A stretch of 64,000 bases of DNA from Longimicrobiales bacterium (lineage in GTDB: Bacteria; Gemmatimonadota; Gemmatimonadetes; Longimicrobiales; RSA9). Location of the stretch: the NCBI GenBank assembly GCA_036374995.1, contig DASUSS010000152.1, forward strand, positions 1,123 to 65,122, in the 5' to 3' direction. A model generated the notes under the pieces. That model saw only the letters and a program-made list of their open reading frames with translations. It was not told the origin of the DNA and searched no databases. Shown piece after piece: positions 9,805-19,130 of the stretch; position 1 is the stretch's first letter, and each line of letters starts with the position of its first letter. The position numbers were made by a program, and so were the translations under genes.

Positions 9805-9852
9805 TCGAGACGGCGGTCGGGAGCCGTCCGCCGGGAACGGAGCCGCTGATCC

Positions 9853-10746
9853 ATGTCGGACGCTGGAGCGGATCGCACGCGCGGAAAGGCCGTGCAGGAG
9901 TCGGCGGAGGCGGACGGCGCCGATGCGCGGCGCGCCATTGCGCGCCGTGACTTCGAGCAGGTGATCCGGCGCGCGGCCGAGCTGTCGCTGAGCGACACGG
10001 ATCCCGACGACAACCTCTCCGAGGAAGAGGTCTTCCGGATCGCGACGGAGCTGGGGCTGCCCGCGCATCACGTGCGCCAGGCGCTGTTCGAGCTGCCGGA
10101 GCTGCGCGTGAAGCCGCGCTGGTACGATGGCTGGTTCGGTCCTGCCGTCTTCTCCATCAGCCGCGTCGTTCCCGCGCACAAGGACCCGGTGCTGCGCCGG
10201 CTGGAGGACTACCTCGTCACGCGCGAATACCTCCAGATCGTACGCAGGCGTAGCGATACGATCGCGTTCGTGCCTGCGGACGACACGATCTCGAGTCTTG
10301 CCCGCGCGCTCGCGCGGCCGGGCAGACGCCACATCATCTCGCGCGCATCGCGCATGATGGTCGGCGTGCATGGCGTGCCCGAAGACGCCGCGCACGTGCG
10401 CTTCGACATCGATCTCAGTGAGGCCCGCAAGGACGCCGTGCGCAGCGGCGCACTGATCGGCGGGTCGCTCGGGCTCGCTACGGGCGCGGTCGCGGCCGTG
10501 CTGACGGGGCCCATCGCCCCCGACGTGCTCGGCATCGTTCCGCAGATCATCGTCTTCGGCGGCGCCATGGCCGGAACGATGGCGGCCGGACTGCGCATCG
10601 CCGCGGGCCGTTTCCGCGAGCGCGTCTTCTCCGCGAAGATGGAGCTCACCGGACTGCTCGACCGGCTCGAGCACGGCGGTCGCCTGGATCCGCCGCCCGC
10701 GCCCTGGCGCCGCAGTCTGCACCGGCTCTTCGGCGAGAGGCCCTGA
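9853..10746 (+). CDS. Hypothetical membrane protein
   Basis: Coding-like ORF between the thiolase and dehydrogenase genes. Gly/Ala-rich hydrophobic C-terminal segments. No recognisable motif. Confidence 0.5.
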   Translation: MSDAGADRTRGKAVQESAEADGADARRAIARRDFEQVIRRAAELSLSDTDPDDNLSEEEVFRIATELGLPAHHVRQALFELPELRVKPRWYDGWFGPAVFSISRVVPAHKDPVLRRLEDYLVTREYLQIVRRRSDTIAFVPADDTISSLARALARPGRRHIISRASRMMVGVHGVPEDAAHVRFDIDLSEARKDAVRSGALIGGSLGLATGAVAAVLTGPIAPDVLGIVPQIIVFGGAMAGTMAAGLRIAAGRFRERVFSAKMELTGLLDRLEHGGRLDPPPAPWRRSLHRLFGERP

Positions 10747-10824
10747 CGCACCCCACTCCGACTTTCACTTTCACATCCGCTCTCCCATATTGACCGCCCG
10801 ATAAACCCGGGAGGAGAAACCCGT

Positions 10825-11712
10825 ATGGCAGAAATCCGCAGAGTCGCCGTGCTCGGCTGCGGCCTGATGGGGAGCGGCATCGCCGAGGTCGCGGCGAAGG
10901 CCGGTTACGAGACGTGGGTCCGTGAGCTGAACGATGAGCTGGTCGAGCGCGGGCGCGGCAGCATCACGAAGAGCCTTGCTCGCGCCGTGGACAAGGGGAA
11001 GCTGGAAGCGGGCGTGCGTGATGAGATCCTCGGGCGCCTCCGGTTCACCACATCGCTCGAAGCGCTGAAGGATGCGGACATCGTCATCGAGGCCGTGACC
11101 GAGGACAGCGAGTTGAAGAACGAGATGTTCCGCACGCTGGACAAGGTCTGCGGTGAGCACACGATCTTCGCGAGCAACACCAGCTCGCTGACGATCGCGG
11201 CCATGGCCGCCGCGACGAGCCGGCCGCACCGGTTCGTCGGCCTGCACTTCTTCAATCCGGTGCCGGTGATGAAGCTCGTCGAAGTCGTGCGCACGATCGC
11301 GGTCGACCAGACTGCCTATCGCACGGCGTTCGAGTTCGCGAAGACGCTCGGCAAGGAGCCGGTCGAGGCGAAGGACACGTCCGGCTTCATCGTGAACCGG
11401 CTGCTCGTGCCCTACATGCTGGACGCGATCCGCTGCCTGGAGCAGGGTCTCGCCGGCATGGAGGACATCGACAAGAGCATGACGCTCGGGACGGGTTACC
11501 CCATGGGGCCGTTCACGCTGAGCGATTTCGTCGGCATCGACACCCTGTATTTCATCGCGGAGATCATGTTCGACGAGTTCCGCGAGCCGCGCTTCGCACC
11601 ACCCCCGCTCCTCAAGCGGATGGTCACGCTCGGCTACTACGGCCGCAAGACGAAACGCGGCTTCTACGACTACACCGGCGAGCGGCCCGTCGCGGTCGAT
11701 CTGGGCCTCTGA
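10825..11712 (+). CDS. hbd: 3-hydroxybutyryl/3-hydroxyacyl-CoA dehydrogenase
   Basis: Rossmann VAVLGCGLMGSGIA, HFFNPVPVMKLVEV, GFIVNRLL. Confidence 0.9.
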   Translation: MAEIRRVAVLGCGLMGSGIAEVAAKAGYETWVRELNDELVERGRGSITKSLARAVDKGKLEAGVRDEILGRLRFTTSLEALKDADIVIEAVTEDSELKNEMFRTLDKVCGEHTIFASNTSSLTIAAMAAATSRPHRFVGLHFFNPVPVMKLVEVVRTIAVDQTAYRTAFEFAKTLGKEPVEAKDTSGFIVNRLLVPYMLDAIRCLEQGLAGMEDIDKSMTLGTGYPMGPFTLSDFVGIDTLYFIAEIMFDEFREPRFAPPPLLKRMVTLGYYGRKTKRGFYDYTGERPVAVDLGL

Positions 11713-11799
11713 CGACAAGGTTGCTCCGGCGCCGCCGCACGCTCAGATTCGGTGCGGCGACTCGCCGATCCTGCGACAACCTCATCCGGGAATGACGCC

Positions 11800-13182
11800 G
11801 TGAGCCATCAGCCAACCGCGAGCAGCACCGGGACGACGGGGACTGCAACGTCCGGCCGGGAGATGTGGGGCAGCCGCTTCGGCTTCCTCATGGCAGCGAT
11901 CGGGTCCGCCGTCGGACTCGGCAACATGTGGCGCTTCCCGTACTCCACCGCGGAGCACGGCGGCGCCGCATTCGTCCTGCTCTACCTCATCATCACGTTC
12001 GTCGTCGGCGTGCCGATCATGATCGCGGAGTTCGGCATCGGCCGGAGCACGCGGCTGAGTCCGATCGGTGCGTTGCGCAAGGCGGGCGGATCCGGCTGGG
12101 TCCCGGCCGGATACCTGTTCGTCGCCGCCGGATTCCTCATCCTCGCGTATTACGCGGTCATTGCAGGCTGGGTGTCGCGCTACGCGATCGAAGCGATCCT
12201 CACGCCCTGGCCCGCCGACGCCGGTGCTTACTTCGATGATGTGAGCGGCAGCGTCGCCGCGATCCTCTACCATCTCGGATTCATGACGCTCACGATCCTG
12301 ATCGTGGCGGGTGGCGTGAAGAGCGGCATCGAGCGGATGAGCTCGATCGCCATGCCGATCCTCGCCGTGATCCTGATCGGCATCGCCGTGTGGGCAACGA
12401 CGCTGACCGGCGCAGAGGAAGGATACAGCTACTACCTGACGCCGCGTTTCGAGGAGCTGATGTCGCTCGATACGCTCGCGGCCGCGGCCAGCCAGGCGTT
12501 CTTCTCGCTGTCGCTCGGCATGGGCGCCATGCTCACGTTCGCGAGCTACCTGCCGCGCGACACGAACCTGCCCCGCGAGTCGACTGTCGTGTCCCTGTCC
12601 GACTTTTCGGTGGCATTCACGGCAGGACTCGTCGTGTTCCCCGTCATCTTCGCACTCGGCCTCCAGGGCGCCGTCAGCGACAGCACGATCGGTGCGCTCT
12701 TCATCGCGATTCCCGGCGCCTTCGCCGCAATGGGTGCCGTTGGCCGCTTCGTCGGCATCCTGTTCTTCGTCGCGCTGTTCATCGGCGCCATCACATCCGC
12801 CATCGCGCTGCTCGAGGTCGTCGTTTCCTCGATCATCGACGAGTGGAAGTTCGATCGTCGGAAGGCGTCGATCATTGCCGGCGTCATCATCGCGCTCGTC
12901 GGCATCCTGCCTGCGAGCGACATCAACATTCTCGGCGCCATGGATGCGATCGCGTCCGAAGTGTTCCTCCCGTTCGGCGGACTGCTTCTCGCAATGCTCG
13001 TCGGCTGGGGCCCTGCGGGGAAGAAGCTCGAGGTGTATGCCGAAGGTGCCTCGCCCGGCGTCCGCGCGCTCATGGGAGGCTGGCTCTGGACGCTGCGCGT
13101 CGCCGTACCGCCGCTCCTCGTCGTCGTGCTGTACAAGACGATCCCGGCAGGCATCGCGGCAGTGCGCGCGATCGGGGGCTAA
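11800..13182 (+). CDS. Sodium-dependent transporter, SNF (neurotransmitter:sodium symporter) family
   Basis: WGSRFGFLMAAIGSAVGLGNMWRFPY signature and multiple TM segments. Start uncertain: GTG 11800 preferred, because GTG 11752 lies inside a hairpin; ATG 11865 is also possible. Confidence 0.85.
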   Translation: MSHQPTASSTGTTGTATSGREMWGSRFGFLMAAIGSAVGLGNMWRFPYSTAEHGGAAFVLLYLIITFVVGVPIMIAEFGIGRSTRLSPIGALRKAGGSGWVPAGYLFVAAGFLILAYYAVIAGWVSRYAIEAILTPWPADAGAYFDDVSGSVAAILYHLGFMTLTILIVAGGVKSGIERMSSIAMPILAVILIGIAVWATTLTGAEEGYSYYLTPRFEELMSLDTLAAAASQAFFSLSLGMGAMLTFASYLPRDTNLPRESTVVSLSDFSVAFTAGLVVFPVIFALGLQGAVSDSTIGALFIAIPGAFAAMGAVGRFVGILFFVALFIGAITSAIALLEVVVSSIIDEWKFDRRKASIIAGVIIALVGILPASDINILGAMDAIASEVFLPFGGLLLAMLVGWGPAGKKLEVYAEGASPGVRALMGGWLWTLRVAVPPLLVVVLYKTIPAGIAAVRAIGG

Positions 13183-13211
13183 CGTGCTTGTCGGCGGGTG
13201 CGCCAGCGAGA

Positions 13212-13883
13212 CTACGGCAGCTCCTCGCCGCGGTGCAGCTCGAGCGAGTACCGGCGGTACTCGTCGGGACGCGAGAGGTAGTCGGTGACCCAGACCTCGA
13301 ACGGCGGCAGCGGGAGACGGCGCTCCAGCTCCTGAACGACACTCATCGACAGCTGGAAACGGTCGCTCTCGCGGAAATCGATGCGCCGGCCGGCCAGCAG
13401 CACCTCGACCAGGTCGCGGAAATCCTCGGGATCGAGCAACGCAACGAGGTGCGCGACCTGATCGAGACGATACGAGTCGTACAGCGAACGCAGCTGCTCC
13501 AGCGTGGGCGCTTCGCGGGCATGCCAGGCGCTCTCCCGCTGCGCCGCGCTGCGCGTCAGCTCCTGGCGCAGCCAGCGGTGCAGCTGCGGCGAGCCGCCCC
13601 GGCGACGCTCGTACGTCGACAGCGCGGAATCGAGCAGCGCCAGCAGCAGCGGCTTACCCAGACCCCGCGCACGCTGGTCCACCGTCGCCTCGTCACGCTC
13701 CAGGAACAGATCCGCCGTGCGGATCTCGCTCGGCCCCGCCGTCATCACTGCCGAGCGGAACGTGAAATAGCCGCGCCACTGGCCGTCCGGCCGTGGGTAC
13801 GTGATCAGGAACGCCGTCCAGCGCTCACCACCCCGCTCCAGAAAGCAGAACGAACGGCAGCGCAGGCGGTCGGCATCGCTCAC
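13212..13883 (-). CDS. Hypothetical protein
   Basis: Long ORF with coding-like composition. GTG at 13883 is preceded by GGAG. Alternative starts at 13943 and 14063. No motif recognised. Confidence 0.45.
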   Translation of the reverse strand: MSDADRLRCRSFCFLERGGERWTAFLITYPRPDGQWRGYFTFRSAVMTAGPSEIRTADLFLERDEATVDQRARGLGKPLLLALLDSALSTYERRRGGSPQLHRWLRQELTRSAAQRESAWHAREAPTLEQLRSLYDSYRLDQVAHLVALLDPEDFRDLVEVLLAGRRIDFRESDRFQLSMSVVQELERRLPLPPFEVWVTDYLSRPDEYRRYSLELHRGEELP

Positions 13884-14297
13884 GTGCTCCGCCTTTCTCC
13901 GCTGCGGCCGCCCAACTCCATCATCTTGTACCTGGAAGGACATGCTTCGCTGACGCGCGCCGATGCACGCGGATCGGTCGGGATCGCCGCGCCGTGCCGC
14001 GGCCGCTTCCACGCTAATCGGACCGCATCCACCGGTCAAGCGATCCCGCTCACCCGCACGCACTCCTCACCCCTCCGCAGTTTTCCAAATTCTGCAACTT
14101 TCGCACGCTCCGCTTTTTCGGATCGAGCAATGGCGAATCCCGCGTTACACAATCCATTCCGTCCATGGAACGCAGCAATTCGATGATGACACAATGGTCC
14201 GATTCGGTGTTGGCGCCTCGCTGGTGCGACGTCACAACATCTTTATTTGCAACAACATACATCTAAGCGCTTGTGGCACGGGCAATTACGAGAATGC

Positions 14298-14326
14298 TTG
14301 ACGCGTGCGCGGTGCGCGTCTATCTT
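14298..14326 (+). promoter_or_regulatory. Sigma70-like promoter (TTGACG - 17 nt - TATCTT)
   Basis: Hexamers at 14298..14303 and 14321..14326 with a 17-nt spacer, in a conspicuously lower-GC intergenic region upstream of the small ORF at 14432. Confidence 0.4.
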
Positions 14327-14431
14327 GGGCGACACTCGCGACAGCAATCCCGCGGCGCCGGTCCGCGCAGTGCAGAGGGTGCCGTCATTTCGAAAAAAGC
14401 CGAAAAATCGATAGGCGACGAGGCGACCAGA

Positions 14432-14620
14432 ATGTGGGAAACGTGTGCGGTCGATCTGCGCGTGAGTCTGCCGAAGGGCGTTGCGGCGGAAGTGGAAAAG
14501 GTGCAGAAGACGGATCCCGAGATGTTGAGCAGGATGGTGTTTTATGCAGTTACTCGCCGCACGATTTTCGACCACCTGGCCACCCGCACGGCGTTTGGCG
14601 CGAAGCGCGAAGGAACTTGA
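14432..14620 (+). CDS. Small protein with ribbon-helix-helix-like pattern
   Basis: 62 aa. VDLRVSLPKGVAAEVEKV...MLSRMVFYAVTRR fits a strand-helix-helix layout. GAGG about 10 nt upstream of the ATG. Confidence 0.4.
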   Translation: MWETCAVDLRVSLPKGVAAEVEKVQKTDPEMLSRMVFYAVTRRTIFDHLATRTAFGAKREGT

Positions 14621-14825
14621 CGGGCGCGCGCGTCGTGACGTAGCGTAGCAGGCGTACTGTCGGGCGTACCGGAGGAAATCGGCCCTCTCGCGTGGAGGCC
14701 TCCGGTGCGATCAGCAGCAGCAGGCCAACGCCATTCCTGAATCCGGCAAGCGATCGGAGACGACACGGCCCGCGGAGAGCGAGCGGGTTCTGCGATCGAA
14801 GTACCTCGACTGGTGCTCGGCGCAG

Positions 14826-15098
14826 GTGGCCGACCATTTCCTGGCGCTGAGTCCGGACGAGATCTTCGAGCTGGCAGAGCGGGCGTCGCGGGAGGAGGTG
14901 GCGGGCGAGGCGCGTCCGCGCGGGTCAGCGGAGGCGGACGAGGACCTCTCGTCGTGGCGGTCGCTGGTGCAACGCGTGACGGAAGTGCTGACTGATCAGT
15001 TGGAGCTGCCGACGTTCGAGGCGTGGCTGGAGCTGTACCGACGCGATCCGGAATCCGTGGAATCCCGCCTGCTGGGCTTGTGGCGCGAACGCAGCTGA
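14826..15098 (+). CDS. Hypothetical acidic small protein
   Basis: ORF track only. GTG start without a clear SD. No earlier in-frame start back to the stop at 14646. Confidence 0.3.
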   Translation: MADHFLALSPDEIFELAERASREEVAGEARPRGSAEADEDLSSWRSLVQRVTEVLTDQLELPTFEAWLELYRRDPESVESRLLGLWRERS

Positions 15099-15129
15099 GC
15101 GTTGCGCCTCTGACCGCCCGCCCTGCCGA

Positions 15130-15369
15130 CTAGTGATCGTGGACGCGTGAGAGGTGCCACCAGGTGCCGACCATCGCGGCGGTGCCGGCGGCGGCGAGCA
15201 GCAGTCCGACGAGTCCCCACAGCAGTCCCCAGTCGAAGCGACCGTGGTCGTAGCCGCGCCAGGCACTCCACAGGCAGATCACGGCCATGAACCACCAGAA
15301 CACACCGATGCCGAAGCCGCTCAGGAGCGCGACCGTGTTCTGTGGCGGACCGCTGGATTCCGTAGCCAT
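15130..15369 (-). CDS. Small two-TM membrane protein
   Basis: 79 aa with two Trp/Gly-rich hydrophobic helices. GGAG 7 nt upstream of the ATG. Confidence 0.5.
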   Translation of the reverse strand: MATESSGPPQNTVALLSGFGIGVFWWFMAVICLWSAWRGYDHGRFDWGLLWGLVGLLLAAAGTAAMVGTWWHLSRVHDH

Positions 15370-15510
15370 TCCGATCTCCGAAAGCTGAACGCGACGGCCG
15401 GCAAGATATTGGCGGACCGGAGCAGCGGCAAGCGCGGTTGCGTCGTGCGCGGCGGTCCATTGCGCCCGACGTCCGGGAGCTGCATCCTGTCGCGCACCAA
15501 AGGAGGCGGG

Positions 15511-15768
15511 ATGTCGGTTCCGATCGCAGTACTGCCGGAGGGCACGAGAGTGAAGGTGCGCCGCGGATCGCTGCCGCAGGACCCGGGCGTGACGGACCGG
15601 ACGGGCACGGTCGTGCTCGCGTCAGAATACCGCGACAATGCGCTGGGCGTAGTGCTGGATGGCGAGTCGGCCATGCGGTGGTTCACGCCGGGCGAGCTGG
15701 AGGTCGTCACGAGCGTGCCGTTGCCGCCGGAGCGCGAATCCGCCAAGGCCCGGAGGGCGCTGCCGTAG
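15511..15768 (+). CDS. Hypothetical small protein
   Basis: AGGAGG 4 nt upstream of ATG 15511. 85 aa. Start chosen inside ORF 15154..15768. Confidence 0.5.
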   Translation: MSVPIAVLPEGTRVKVRRGSLPQDPGVTDRTGTVVLASEYRDNALGVVLDGESAMRWFTPGELEVVTSVPLPPERESAKARRALP

Positions 15769-15895
15769 GGGTACCACACGTCTCGAGATCCACCGCTCCA
15801 CCGCTCCGCCGCGCGAAACACCCCGGAACGAATGATGCATTGCTGGTCCGGGTGTTCGAGACCGGAAGCGGGACGGCGGACGGACGGAGGCGGTC

Positions 15896-16414
15896 ATGAG
15901 CAGCAGGACGGAAGTGTCCGTGGCGGAGCCGCGGACCGTGGACGAAGCGAAGCACGCGGTGGAGCGGTCACGTCAGCGCATCTCGAGCACGCTGGACGCG
16001 CTGGAGGACCGGATCGTGGAGAAGAAGCACGCGCTGCAGGACAGGGTGGCCGTACTCCGGCCGGTGCGTGAGCAGGTGACGCAGCGGCCGTTCGCGGCCG
16101 TCGCGATCGCGCTCGGCGTCGGAGCGCTGCTCGGCAGTCTGGGCGGCGGTGAGGATGAGGAGGCGCGCAGTACGGGCGGACGTCACGAGGCCCGCCACGC
16201 GCAGCTGTCGGAGCGGGATCGGGCCGAGCTGAGGGCGTGGCGGCGGCTGCGGCGGGAGCGGTTGCGCGCGCGGCGGGACGAACGGGATCACGCTGCGGGT
16301 GATTCGCGGCTCGCATCACTGCGCCATCAGCTCACCGGTGCGATCACATCGGCGATCGGAGCGGCCGTGACCGCGCGCGTCAAGGAGATGACGCGGGGTG
16401 GAAGACAGCGGTGA
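15896..16414 (+). CDS. Hypothetical membrane-anchored protein (DUF883/DUF3618-like layout)
   Basis: GGAGG before the ATG. N-terminal helical region, one central TM (FAAVAIALGVGALLGSLGG), basic C-terminus. Confidence 0.5.
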   Translation: MSSRTEVSVAEPRTVDEAKHAVERSRQRISSTLDALEDRIVEKKHALQDRVAVLRPVREQVTQRPFAAVAIALGVGALLGSLGGGEDEEARSTGGRHEARHAQLSERDRAELRAWRRLRRERLRARRDERDHAAGDSRLASLRHQLTGAITSAIGAAVTARVKEMTRGGRQR

Positions 16415-16475
16415 CGGCAGCTCGGCAGTGCCGGGAAAGCGAAGGGCGGCCCGTCCAGGGCCGCCCTCGTGTCAT

Positions 16476-16925
16476 CTAGAAGGGCAGGTCGTCGTCGTCG
16501 GCATCGAACGGCGACGGCGACGGGCGCCCGCTCTGCGCCGGCTGCCGGCGCCGCGGCGCCGACTCGTAGCCACCGCCGCCACCGCCGCCCGGACCGCTGC
16601 TCCCGAGCATCACCATCTCGCGCACGACGATGTCCGTGTAATAGCGAGTGACGCCGTCCTGCTCGCTCTGCGAGTATTCGATCCGCCCCTCGATGTACAG
16701 CCGGTCGCCCTTCTTCACGTACTGCTCGACCAGATCGGCGAGCTTGTCCCAGAACGTCAGGCGGTGCCACTCCGTCTTTTCCTGCTGCTGTCCGCTCCGG
16801 TCGGTGAACGCGCGGTTCGTCGCGAGCGAGATCTTGGCGATCTTCGTTCCGCCGCCGGTCGTCTTGATCTCCGGGTCGTTGCCGACGTTCCCGATCAGCA
16901 TCACCTTGTTGAGCGAGCGACTCAT
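16476..16925 (-). CDS. ssb: Single-stranded DNA-binding protein
   Basis: MSRSLNKVMLIGNVGNDPE OB-fold start, TEWHRL, Gly-rich linker and acidic tail DADDDDLPF. Confidence 0.9.
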   Translation of the reverse strand: MSRSLNKVMLIGNVGNDPEIKTTGGGTKIAKISLATNRAFTDRSGQQQEKTEWHRLTFWDKLADLVEQYVKKGDRLYIEGRIEYSQSEQDGVTRYYTDIVVREMVMLGSSGPGGGGGGGYESAPRRRQPAQSGRPSPSPFDADDDDLPF

Positions 16926-17059
16926 GCCTGCCACCTTGCCTGGAGTATCGGGGGTAAGGGCAGGAAGGTAAGCGGAGCGAGGCGGTCCGTCCATGCCGGA
17001 CGGGGTCGACGGGCATGCCCTCTCGGCCGTGCGTGGCGGGTACGCGGAGAGGAGGCGGG

Positions 17060-18124
17060 ATGGCGGACATGCCGGCGAACGGCACGCCACGAGTGGTGAC
17101 TCTCGGGGTGGTGGCGAAGTCCACACTCATCATCATCGGCCTGTGGGCGCTCGCGAACGGGATCTGGCTGGCCCGCGACGTCCTCTTCATCACGTTCTTC
17201 GCGCTCCTCGTCGCCTCGTTCCTGTCGATCTTCGTCGAGCCGCTGCAGAAGCGTGGCATCAGCCGGGCGGTATCCGCCCCACTCGTGCTGATACTGCTGG
17301 TGGGCGTGTTCGTTCTGTTCTTCCTGCTCACCTGGCCGACGCTGCGCGCGCAGTTCGCGATGATCCAGCAGCAGCTGCCGCCTGCGATCGATGCCATCCA
17401 GGCGTGGATCGAGCGGCAGCTGGCGGGCATCCTGACGACGGTCGGCGCGACGGAGGAAATCGAGCGCGCACTGCGCAGCCGCATGTCGACGGAGCTCGGC
17501 GGACTGATCGGCGGAACGCTGCCGCTGCTGAACACGGCGCTCGGCGCAGTGACGGGCTTCGCGCTCGTGGTGGTGGCCGGGATGTTCATCGCGATCGATC
17601 CGCGGACGTACATGCACGGGCTGATCGTGCTGCTGCCACGGAGCCATCGCCATCGTGCGGGCGAGGTGCTGCCCGAGGCGGGGCGCACGATGGTGCAATG
17701 GATGAAGGGAACGGCGATCGGGATGGTCGTGGTGGGATCGGTGAGCGCGATCGGGCTCACGCTCATCGGCGTTCCCGCTGCCCTCGCGCTGGGGATGATC
17801 GCGGGCCTGCTCGAGTTCATCCCCTACATCGGTCCCGCCCTGAGCTTCGTGCCGGCGACGATCGTCGCTCTCGCAGTCTCACCCGAGAAGGCGCTCTGGG
17901 TGATCGGGCTGTACGCGCTCGTGCAGGGGATCGAGTCCAACGTGCTGATGCCGCTGCTCATGAAGCAGATGGTGAAGCTGCCGCCGGCACTCACACTGCT
18001 GTTCCAGACGGTGATGGCGACGCTCTTCGGCTTCCTCGGCCTGCTCCTGGCCGTACCCATCCTCGCCGCGGCGCGGGTGCTGGTGCAGGAATTCTACATC
18101 GAGGGCGTCGCGGACGAGCACTAG
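17060..18124 (+). CDS. AI-2E family transporter (UPF0118/PerM-like)
   Basis: Multi-TM protein with the LLEFIPYIGP motif. GGAGAGGAGG SD before ATG 17060. Confidence 0.8.
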   Translation: MADMPANGTPRVVTLGVVAKSTLIIIGLWALANGIWLARDVLFITFFALLVASFLSIFVEPLQKRGISRAVSAPLVLILLVGVFVLFFLLTWPTLRAQFAMIQQQLPPAIDAIQAWIERQLAGILTTVGATEEIERALRSRMSTELGGLIGGTLPLLNTALGAVTGFALVVVAGMFIAIDPRTYMHGLIVLLPRSHRHRAGEVLPEAGRTMVQWMKGTAIGMVVVGSVSAIGLTLIGVPAALALGMIAGLLEFIPYIGPALSFVPATIVALAVSPEKALWVIGLYALVQGIESNVLMPLLMKQMVKLPPALTLLFQTVMATLFGFLGLLLAVPILAAARVLVQEFYIEGVADEH

Positions 18125-18135
18125 ACGAGTGCGGA

Positions 18136-18999
18136 TCACGCCGCCGTCGGCACCCCCGTGAGCTCCGCGACGCGCGAGCGGTAGGCTTCCTGGAGGCGAG
18201 CCGTGACCGGGCCGCGCGTACCGCCTCCGATCACGTGGGCGTCGACCTGCCGAACCGGCATCACCTCGGTCGTCGTGCCGGACAGGAACAGCTCCTCGAC
18301 CTCACCGATGCGGTCCCAGGGAATGGGCGCTTCCGCGACGGCGATGCCCAGCTCGCGAGCGAGCTCGATCACGAGCGCGCGCGTAATGCCGGACAGGATG
18401 TAGTTGCAGGACGGATAGGTCATGAGCGTGCCGTCCAGCACACCGAACAGGTTGGAGTGCGAGCCCTCGATGAGGATGCCGTCTTTGACGAACAGCGCCT
18501 CGAACGCGCCGGCCTGGTGCGCCTGCTGATTCGCCAGCACGTTCGGCAGCAGCGCTATGGATTTTATGTCACAGCGGCTCCAGCGCGTATCCGGAACGCT
18601 GATCGCCGCGACGCCCCGATCGAAGTACTCCGCCGCGTACTGGGCGAACGGCTTCGCCAGCACGTACACGCTGGGCGACACGGCCGGGTCGGGGAACGCG
18701 TGGCGGCGCGGCGCCACACCGCGCGTCACCTGGATGTAGATGGTGCCATCACCCGTCACGTCGTTGCTGCGGATCAGCCGCTCGGCGATCCCGACGAGGT
18801 CACCCGTGCCGGTGTCGTCGATGTGCAGCGCCGCGAGCCCTGCCCGGAGCCGGCGCATGTGCGGCTCCGCGAGGAACGGCTGTCCGCCGTAGATGCGGAT
18901 CACCTCATAGACGCCATCGGCGAACAGGAAGCCGCGGTCATCGACGGGGACCGTGGCCCGGGTGTGTTCGATGTACTTCCCGTTGAGATAGACTTCCAT
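18136..18999 (-). CDS. Class IV aminotransferase (D-amino-acid aminotransferase-like)
   Basis: MEVYLNGKYI...DRGFLFADGVYEVIRIY...HMRRL resembles the Dat N-terminus. GGAGG before the ATG. Confidence 0.85.
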   Translation of the reverse strand: MEVYLNGKYIEHTRATVPVDDRGFLFADGVYEVIRIYGGQPFLAEPHMRRLRAGLAALHIDDTGTGDLVGIAERLIRSNDVTGDGTIYIQVTRGVAPRRHAFPDPAVSPSVYVLAKPFAQYAAEYFDRGVAAISVPDTRWSRCDIKSIALLPNVLANQQAHQAGAFEALFVKDGILIEGSHSNLFGVLDGTLMTYPSCNYILSGITRALVIELARELGIAVAEAPIPWDRIGEVEELFLSGTTTEVMPVRQVDAHVIGGGTRGPVTARLQEAYRSRVAELTGVPTAA

Positions 19000-19130
19000 C
19001 CGCACCTCCGCGGCGGGTTCGAGTGCTGGAGAATGACACCGGCCGGATGCAGCGTCAATACGGCGTGCCGATTGCACGCGCAGGGCGGCGTCCGCATTAT
19101 GCCGCCGCCCGTCCGAACCCGAAGGGTGCA

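Noticed and set aside
7483-10722. 1079-aa ORF on the minus strand
   Set aside because: It is antisense to pilT, the thiolase and the following gene, all of which have clear motifs. The product is Arg/Ala/Gly/Asp-rich low complexity, typical of open antisense frames in high-GC DNA.
12390-14186. 598-aa plus-strand ORF; likewise 22278..24044(-), 28160..29884(-), 30144..31727(+), 34511..35686(-), 38389..39984(+), 59486..60988(+)
   Set aside because: Each is an off-frame or antisense shadow of a motif-supported gene (SNF transporter, recF, amidohydrolase, multihaem cytochrome, argS, rho, DAACS symporter).
14050-14262. 70-aa minus-strand ORF in the lower-GC intergenic island
   Set aside because: There is no SD, and an in-frame stop sits directly before the ATG. 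The composition reflects AT-richer non-coding DNA and the ORF overlaps the likely promoter region. It cannot be excluded without expression data.
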